From contig NC_069004.1 in NCBI RefSeq assembly GCF_001194135.2, positions 8,571,160-8,635,159 of the forward strand: DNA of 64,000 nt, given 5' to 3'. How positions within the stretch are numbered: the stretch's first letter is position 1; every line of letters starts with the position of its first letter. Of the stretch, positions 56,922 through 64,000 are shown one piece after another. The translations under genes and the position numbers were made by a program. Source of the DNA: Octopus bimaculoides. Its lineage: Eukaryota. The notes beneath the pieces were generated by a model, which worked only from the letters and a program-made list of their open reading frames with translations, searched no databases and was not told the DNA's origin.

Positions 56922-59900
56922 CTACACAATCACCATTTGGTCCTTCTTTTAATCCCTTCGGACAACCACATTTGTAGCTGCTGATTGTATTAATACAGCC
57001 ATATGGACAGTTATGTTGTCCAGACGCACATTCATCAATGTCTGCCAACAGAAAAGAGGAGGAGGAGGAGAAGAAAACATCATTGAAGTGGTTTTGTTGT
57101 TAGTTTTATTGTTTAGGGAATTGTGAAATGTTCTGGGTGGCTTTGGACAGGAGATGTGGGTTGGTTGGTTGGTTGGCAGTCCGTCGCTTACGACGTCGAG
57201 GGTTCCAGTTGATCCGATCAATGGAACAGCCTGCTCGTGAAATTAACGTGCAAGTGGCTGAGCACTCCACAGACACGTGTACCCTTAACGTAGTTCTCGG
57301 GGATATTCAGCGTGACACAGAACGTGACAAGGCTGGCCCTTTGAATTACAGGCACAACAGAAACAGAAAGTAAGAGTGAGAGAAAGTTGTGGTGAAAGAG
57401 TACAGTAGGGTTCGCCACCATCTCCTGCCAGAGCCTCGTGGAGCTTTAGGTGTTTCCGCTCAATAAACACTCACAACGCCCGATCTGGGAATCAAAACCG
57501 TGATCCTATGATTGCGAGTCTGCTGCCCTAATCACTGGGCTATTGCACCTCCACGGAGATGTGGGTATATTGGATGGATTTGGGTAGGAAAGGTGAGTGT
57601 ATCAGGTGGGAGAGGGTAGATGGACAAAGTGTGTGTATTGGAAAAGAAAATGAATGGGTCCTGAATAACAAGGTAGGGGAAGGTTTTATGTAAAATAAGG
57701 GGGAATATTTTTAATGGGTTTGACAGTGTCATTGAAAGGGCAGGTGGGTCTTTTGCGCAGGAAAGACAGCTGTTTTTGGGTAAGGAAGGGTGTATGTTTT
57801 GGGTAGATTTGATGGAGTAGATGGGTAATGAGAAGTTAAGTGGGTGTTTTGTGCAGGGGAGAGGACAAGCAAGGATAGGCGTTTTAGATGGTTTTGACAG
57901 AATAAATGGGTAAGGAGCGGGTAAGTGGGTGTTTGGTTGGGTAATTAGGGTGGTTATTGTGGTTTAAAGCTTTAAAAACTGAACTGAACGAAAGTGAAAT
58001 ATATACCTCGACATGTGCGTCCATCCATGTTTAGTACAAAACCAACGGGACAAGTACAAATGAAACTTCCCTCTGTATTCTGGCAGATATTCTGGCATGG
58101 GGATGGCTTCTGTTGGCATTCATTGATATCTGAAGGAGAGAACAACTATGAGTAATGATGTAACAGACTGGCCATGTTAGAGCAATACCTTCAAGTAAAA
58201 CCCTTATACTCAAGCTTCAGCTACTTGTTTCTGTCTGGTACTTATTTTATCAAGTTCTACCATACAAGAACCGCAGCATAATAGATAAAGACATTGGTTA
58301 ATGCAGTGCAGTCACTTATGGGTTCTGAGTTCAATACCAAGCAAGGCAACTGAAAAATGTCATGATGATCAACTAAGATAGAAAATCAACTAGGTAAAAA
58401 GTTACCTAGCATTCTGACTTGGTGGCAAGTTGACTAGGTAACAAGTTCACCAGTAGCAGACTCAGTAGGTAACTAGATGACTAGATATCAAAGTTGTATT
58501 ACAGTAAGTTGGTTAAAAGGAAAGCTGACTTGGTAGTAAGGTAACATTATAAGAAGATCATTAGGTAGTAATTTGACTTGGTAGCAAACAAGTGGATCTC
58601 TCTGTCTTGGTGAGCACCTCCTCAACATTTGCTATAACACCCAAGCACCCAGGTATTTCAGATCATCAGGTCCCTTCTTGGATCTCTTACTCTTTTACTC
58701 TTTTATTTGTTTCAGTCATTTGACTGTGGCCATGCTGGAGCACCGCCTTTAGTCGAGCAAATCGACCCCGGGACTTATTCTTTGTAAGCCTAGTACTCAT
58801 TCTATTGGTCTCTTTTGCCGAACCGCTAAGTGACGGGGACATAAACACCAGAATCGGTTGTCAAGCGATGGGGGGGGGGACAAATACAGACACACACATA
58901 TACATACATATATATACATATATACGACGGGCTTCTTTCAGTTTCCATCTACCAAATCCACTCACAAGACTTTGGTCGGCCCNNNNNNNNNNNNNNNNNN
59001 NNNNNNNNNNNNNNNNNNNNNNNNNNNNNNNNNNNNNNNNNNNNNNNNNNNNNNNNNNNNNNNNNNNNNNNNNNNNNNNNNNNNNNNNNNNNNNNNNNNN
59101 NNNNNNNNNNNNNNNNNNNNNNNNNNNNNNNNNNNNNNNNNNNNNNNNNNNNNNNNNNNNNNNNNNNNNNNNNNNNNNNNNNNNNNNNNNNNNNNNNNNN
59201 NNNNNNNNNNNNNNNNNNNNNNNNNNNNNNNNNNNNNNNNNNNNNNNNNNNNNNNNNNNNNNNNNNNNNNNNNNNNNNNNNNNNNNNNNNNNNNNNNNNN
59301 NNNNNNNNNNNNNNNNNNNNNNNNNNNNNNNNNNNNNNNNNNNNNNNNNNNNNNNNNNNNNNNNNNNNNNNNNNNNNNNNNNNNNNNNNNNNNNNNNNNN
59401 NNNNNNNNNNNNNNNNNNNNNNNNNNNNNNNNNNNNNNNNNNNNNNNNNNNNNNNNNNNNNNNNNNNNNNNNNNNNNNNNNNNNNNNNNNNNNNNNNNNN
59501 NNNNNNNNNNNNNNNNNNNNNNNNNNNNNNNNNNNNNNNNNNNNNNNNNNNNNNNNNNNNNNNNNNNNNNNNNNNNNNNNNNNNNNNNNNNNNNNNNNNN
59601 NNNNNNNNNNNNNNNNNNNNNNNNNNNNNNNNNNNNNNNNNNNNNNNNNNNNNNNNNNNNNNAAAACAATTTTACATTAAGCTGACGGGATAACTCTATA
59701 CTTATACAAGAATATTATACTTATACAAAAATATTGTTGACCAAAAGCTGGCAAAACTTTGAAGTCACTATCAACAACATTCTTGTATAATATATATATA
59801 TATATATATATATACGACGGGCGTCTTTCAGTTTCTATCTACCAAATCCATTCACAAGGCTTTGGTTGGTCTGAGGTTATCGTAGAAGACATTTGCCCAA

Positions 59901-62890
59901 AGTGCCACGCAGTGAGACTGAAACTGCAACCATGTGGTTGGAAAGCAAGCGTCTGACCACACAGCCACTCAAGATATATGAGTGTGTGTGTACATGTGTG
60001 TGTGTGCGTATTAATAATGATAGAGAAATAAGTTACAAAATGGAGGTATCTCTTCTTTCTTTCTATATTTATTTATATATAAATATACAAAATCTGAATT
60101 TTCCTAAGGAAACAATAGAATACTGCTTATCTTGTGTTCTTTTTTTGTGTGTCGTTGTCTAGTGCTGGAGAGTCAATCATAGCTAAATCTAGACTTTTTA
60201 TATATGAAGAGAGAAAAGATACATGCATCTTCTGATTTATATATATTTATGTTTGTTTGTGTATGTATATAAACAAATAGACAAAACATATAAGTTAATA
60301 GTCATTATAATAAGCAATGTACTGTGTCTGGAAACTCTGTACTTACCAGTGCCATTGGGTAAATATCCTATTTCATTTGGACAAATTCTGGCAAACTGGT
60401 CTGTAAATATAAAACATAAAAAAACAATTGATAAGAAATAAATATGGAAAATTGTTTAAGTCAATATATATAACATTCAGTGTGGAGATGTGTGTATGTG
60501 TGTGTGTGTGGAGGGCAGATCAAGTAAGATAGGTAAATGTTTCAAATAGATATCCTTCATGGTGAGAAAAGGAAGGAGAAGAGAAAGAAAAGAAGGAAGA
60601 AGGAAATAATGCTTAGAGGTGTATAATGCTGGACTGATGAACATGAAATCATGGAGAAGGAGGAGGAGAAGGGGAGGAGGAGAAGGAGAAGAAAGAAAAA
60701 ATGAGGAATAGAAGAAGAAGATGAATGAGGAGGAGAAGGGGGATGAGAGGATGAGGAGGAGGAGGAGATGATAGATAAAAGAAGGGACACAAATGTTTTG
60801 ACTGGTCAGCAGAGAGAAGTGATGACATGCTAGTTTCCTTACTTGAGCCAATTGCTGGGCACCTTTCACAGGACGGGCCCCAGGCTGCAGCAAGTCCAGT
60901 ACAACAGCAGATGTGGCGGGCAGTTCTCTTTATTTCACGGCTAGGAACACAGCGGCCATGGACAAGTTGGTTGTAACAGTATCCTTCACGGAGATCTTGG
61001 AAAAGAATCGAAAGAGGGCATTGAATTAATAAAGGGCCAGGCCCTTTTAATTGTTTCAGTTATGCATCTATGGCCATGCTGGAGCACTGCAGGATATTAG
61101 TCCAGCAGATTGACCCCAGTACTTATTTTATTGATCTCTTTGGCTGAACTGCTAATCAAATCAACACTATGAGCGTTGTCAAATTGTGGTAGGTGACAAA
61201 CATAGACACAAACACATNNNNNNNNNNNNNNNNNNNNNNNNNNNNNNNNNNNNNNNNNNNNNNNNNNNNNNNNNNNNNNNNNNNNNNNNNNNNNNNNNNN
61301 NNNNNNNNNNNNNNNNNNNNNNNNNNNNNNNNNNNNNNNNNNNNNNNNNNNNNNNNNNNNNNNNNNNNNNNNNNNNNNNNNNNNNNNNNNNNNNNNNNNN
61401 NNNNNNNNNNNNNNNNNNNNNNNNNNNNNNNNNNNNNNNNNNNNNNNNNNNNNNNNNNNNNNNNNNNNNNNNNNNNNNNNNNNNNNNNNNNNNNNNNNNN
61501 NNNNNNNNNNNNNNNNNNNNNNNNNNNNNNNNNNNNNNNNNNNNNNNNNNNNNNNNNNNNNNNNNNNNNNNNNNNNNNNNNNNNNNNNNNNNNNNNNNNN
61601 NNNNNNNNNNNNNNNNNNNNNNNNNNNNNNNNNNNNNNNNNNNNNNNNNNTATATATATATATATACATACATATATATACATATATATATATATACATA
61701 CATACATACATACATAGATATCAGATGTGTGAAGTTGTATCTGGCCAGTTTGAACGTAAAATGTGTATAACATTTGAGCTGGACATGGCCAGTTTAAATG
61801 CTAAAGGATTAAACATTGTTTTTACAGAGCAATAGTCATCTGTAATATATTACTTCGATTCAACATTATCGAGATCTCTGATAAACCTTGTCTTCACAGA
61901 GCCATTGAACAGTTATATCATATGCTGTTGTCTTTACAGCATTATTGATTTGTAATCTGATAATGTCTTGCCAACAACAGAATTTCTTTTGTAGTGCTCT
62001 GAAAATATTTATCCATCCTTTCATTAATGAATTAATGAATTAATGAATTAATGAATTAATTCATTAATGAATTAATGAATTAATTGAGAGTCTCTTTTGT
62101 AAGGTAACTTACCAAGGCATTTCTTTTTATCAGGACTTGGCTCATAACCAGGATAGCATGAGCAGATATATCCTCCATTTATATTCCTGCAACGTCCGTT
62201 TTCACATGGATTACCTTCACGGCATTCATTAATGTCTAAAAGAAAAAAAAACACAAACAACGTTATTTTGAAATAATTTATACATGTCTTTACAGAGTCA
62301 TTGCTGTAGTTGTTGTTGTTGTTGCTGTTGTTATTATTGCTATTATTGTTGTTATGAGTGGAGGTGCAATGGCCCAGTGGTTAGGGCAGCGGACTCGCGG
62401 TCATAGGATCGTGGTTTCGATTCCCAGACCGGGCGTTGCGAGTGTTTATTGAGCGAAAACACCTAAAGCTCCACGAGGCTCCGGCAGGGGATGGTGGTGA
62501 ACCCTGCTGTACTCTTTCACCACAACTTTCACTCACTCTTACTTCCTGTTTCTGTTGTGCCTGTAATTCAAAGGGCCAGCCTTGTCACACTGTGTCATGC
62601 TGAATATCCCCGAGAACTACGTTAAGGGTTCACGTGTCTGTGGAGTGCTCAGCCACTTGCACGTTAATTTCACGAGCAGGCTGTTCCATTGATCGGATCA
62701 ACTGGAACCCTCGTCGTGATAAGCGACGGAGTGTCAACATGTATATCATAAGATTGAGAATAAAATTTGCTTACAAGATGCAAACCCAGGATTTCACCCA
62801 GGATTTAGTGGGTGTGATTGTACCCCTCCGCATCCTCTGTTCCCAAGCCTATGGTGTACATGTGTCTGTGTATGTGTGTGCATGCTTATA

Positions 62891-62924
<34 letters not shown>

Positions 62925-63345
62925 GTATATGTAAGGAAGGAAAAAGGTTTTGTTTATTGATTCAACCACAGTATATTACAGGTACTTATATCAGCACCTA
63001 TATAACAAGGTAAAGCAAAAAGGAAAAAGAACCCCCCACAAAAAACAACTTTGTGAGCATCTCTGGGCATCTGGCTGCTGAGAATCTGCTTCTATAAACT
63101 CCTTCTGACTCATGCAAGCATGGAGAAAGGAGGAGAAGGAGGAGGAGGAGGAGGAGGGGGAGGAGAGGAGGAAGAAATACAATGATAATAATCATGTACA
63201 GATACATAAAGAAAGGGACTGTTACCTATGCAGACGTCTTGACCAATGGCACGGTATCCCTCGGGACAAACACAGAGGAAGGAACCAACCAAATTCTTGC
63301 AGTTGTATGGACATTTATTGGTATCAATCAGGCATTCGTCGACAT
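56922..63345 (-). CDS. FBN: Fibrillin, partial: six exons encoding cbEGF-cbEGF-TB(8-Cys)-cbEGF-cbEGF from the C-terminal part of the protein
   Basis: Phase-1 GT-AG exons: 63345-63226 (DVDECLIDTNKCPYNCKNLVGSFLCVCPEGYRAIGQDVCI), 62235-62113 (DINECREGNPCENGRCRNINGGYICSCYPGYEPSPDKKKCL), 60995-60843 (DLREGYCYNQLVHGRC...ICCCTGLAAAWGPSCERCPAIGS), 60400-60347 (NQFARICPNEIGYLPNGT), 58129-58007 (DINECQQKPSPCQNICQNTEGSFICTCPVGFVLNMDGRTCR) and 57041-56922 (DIDECASGQHNCPYGCINTISSYKCGCPKGLKEGPNGDCV). Domain order and sequence resemble the region around the last TB domain of vertebrate fibrillins (DNREGYCF..., from memory). Confidence 0.9.
57176..57554 (-). mobile_element. Full-length family C SINE in a fibrillin intron
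   Basis: Reverse complement of 62358-62737. Confidence 0.85.
62358..62737 (+). mobile_element. Full-length family C tRNA-derived SINE
   Basis: Head GGAGGTGCAATGGCCCAGTGGTTAGGGCAGCGGACTCGCGG...GGTTTCGATTCCC with A- and B-box motifs; body shared with 8451 and 57176. Confidence 0.88.
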
Positions 63346-63514
63346 CTGGAAGATATTATTGAAGAAGATTTCATTTTCAATACACAGAAATCAAGTGATT
63401 TATTTTTAACCCCAGGTCACACTTAATACAGGTGGCCTGTATCAAATGCATGTGATCAGATAATCTTACTTATTTTCTTATATTTTTGCCACATACACAG
63501 CTCTTTGGGAGAGA

Positions 63515-63556
<42 letters not shown>

Positions 63557-63958
63557 GTGAGAGAGAGAGAGAGAGTGAGTGAGTGAGAGAGAGAGACAAA
63601 GAAAGAAAGAGTGAAATAGAAAGAAAAGAAAGAAGAGAACATACTAATTATCAAAATGATCATGACTGATTAATAGATATAAAATCATTTTCTATATTCG
63701 TTTCTTTGTTTATATTTTTACTCCTCTGTGATGGATGCACCGGCCTCATTATTGGTAACATTTCCCAGGACTTACAGCTTGTACGGAACACATTTTTCTG
63801 TTTTTGTGAATTCTGTGAATATTAAGTCTAAGTTTCCTTTTTTTTTTTTTACATTCTGCTAAGCTGGATTTCACTAGGTGTGCAGACTGAGGTACTTGCC
63901 TTGATTTCCTAAACTCCTATTACTATATATATGTATATATACGTACATACATACAAAC

Positions 63959-63989
<31 letters not shown>

Positions 63990-64000
63990 AATATATATAT

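Noticed and set aside
62358-62430. tRNA-like heads of SINE families A, B and C as real tRNA genes
   Set aside because: They have A/B boxes but no complete cloverleaf and are always attached to SINE bodies.

Overview
AT-rich, microsatellite- and SINE-dense animal genomic DNA with 11 N-gaps. The repeat landscape and intronless multi-finger C2H2 gene suggest a cephalopod (octopus-like) draft assembly; this is inference. I reconstructed exon structures by hand from splice signals and reading phase. The genes are: the last exon of a membrane protein with a C-terminal PPxY motif (+, 544-723); a 13-finger C2H2 zinc-finger gene (+, 11903-13156); a complete 5-exon RNA polymerase III subunit RPC7/POLR3G-like gene (-, 20152-25532); a complete 11-coding-exon mitochondrial CLPX gene (+, 43194-53908); and six exons of a fibrillin gene (-, 56922-63345). 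Immediately upstream of POLR3G, in divergent orientation, is an ~8 kb amplified cluster of four identical initiator tRNA-Met genes plus six decayed copies. A TSD-flanked solo LTR and a mariner remnant interrupt this cluster. Other mobile DNA includes a Penelope-like retroelement fragment with a minimal hammerhead ribozyme motif, several MITE families (TA and TTAA target sites), RTE-type LINE fragments and at least three tRNA-derived SINE families. I found no prokaryote-type systems such as CRISPR.
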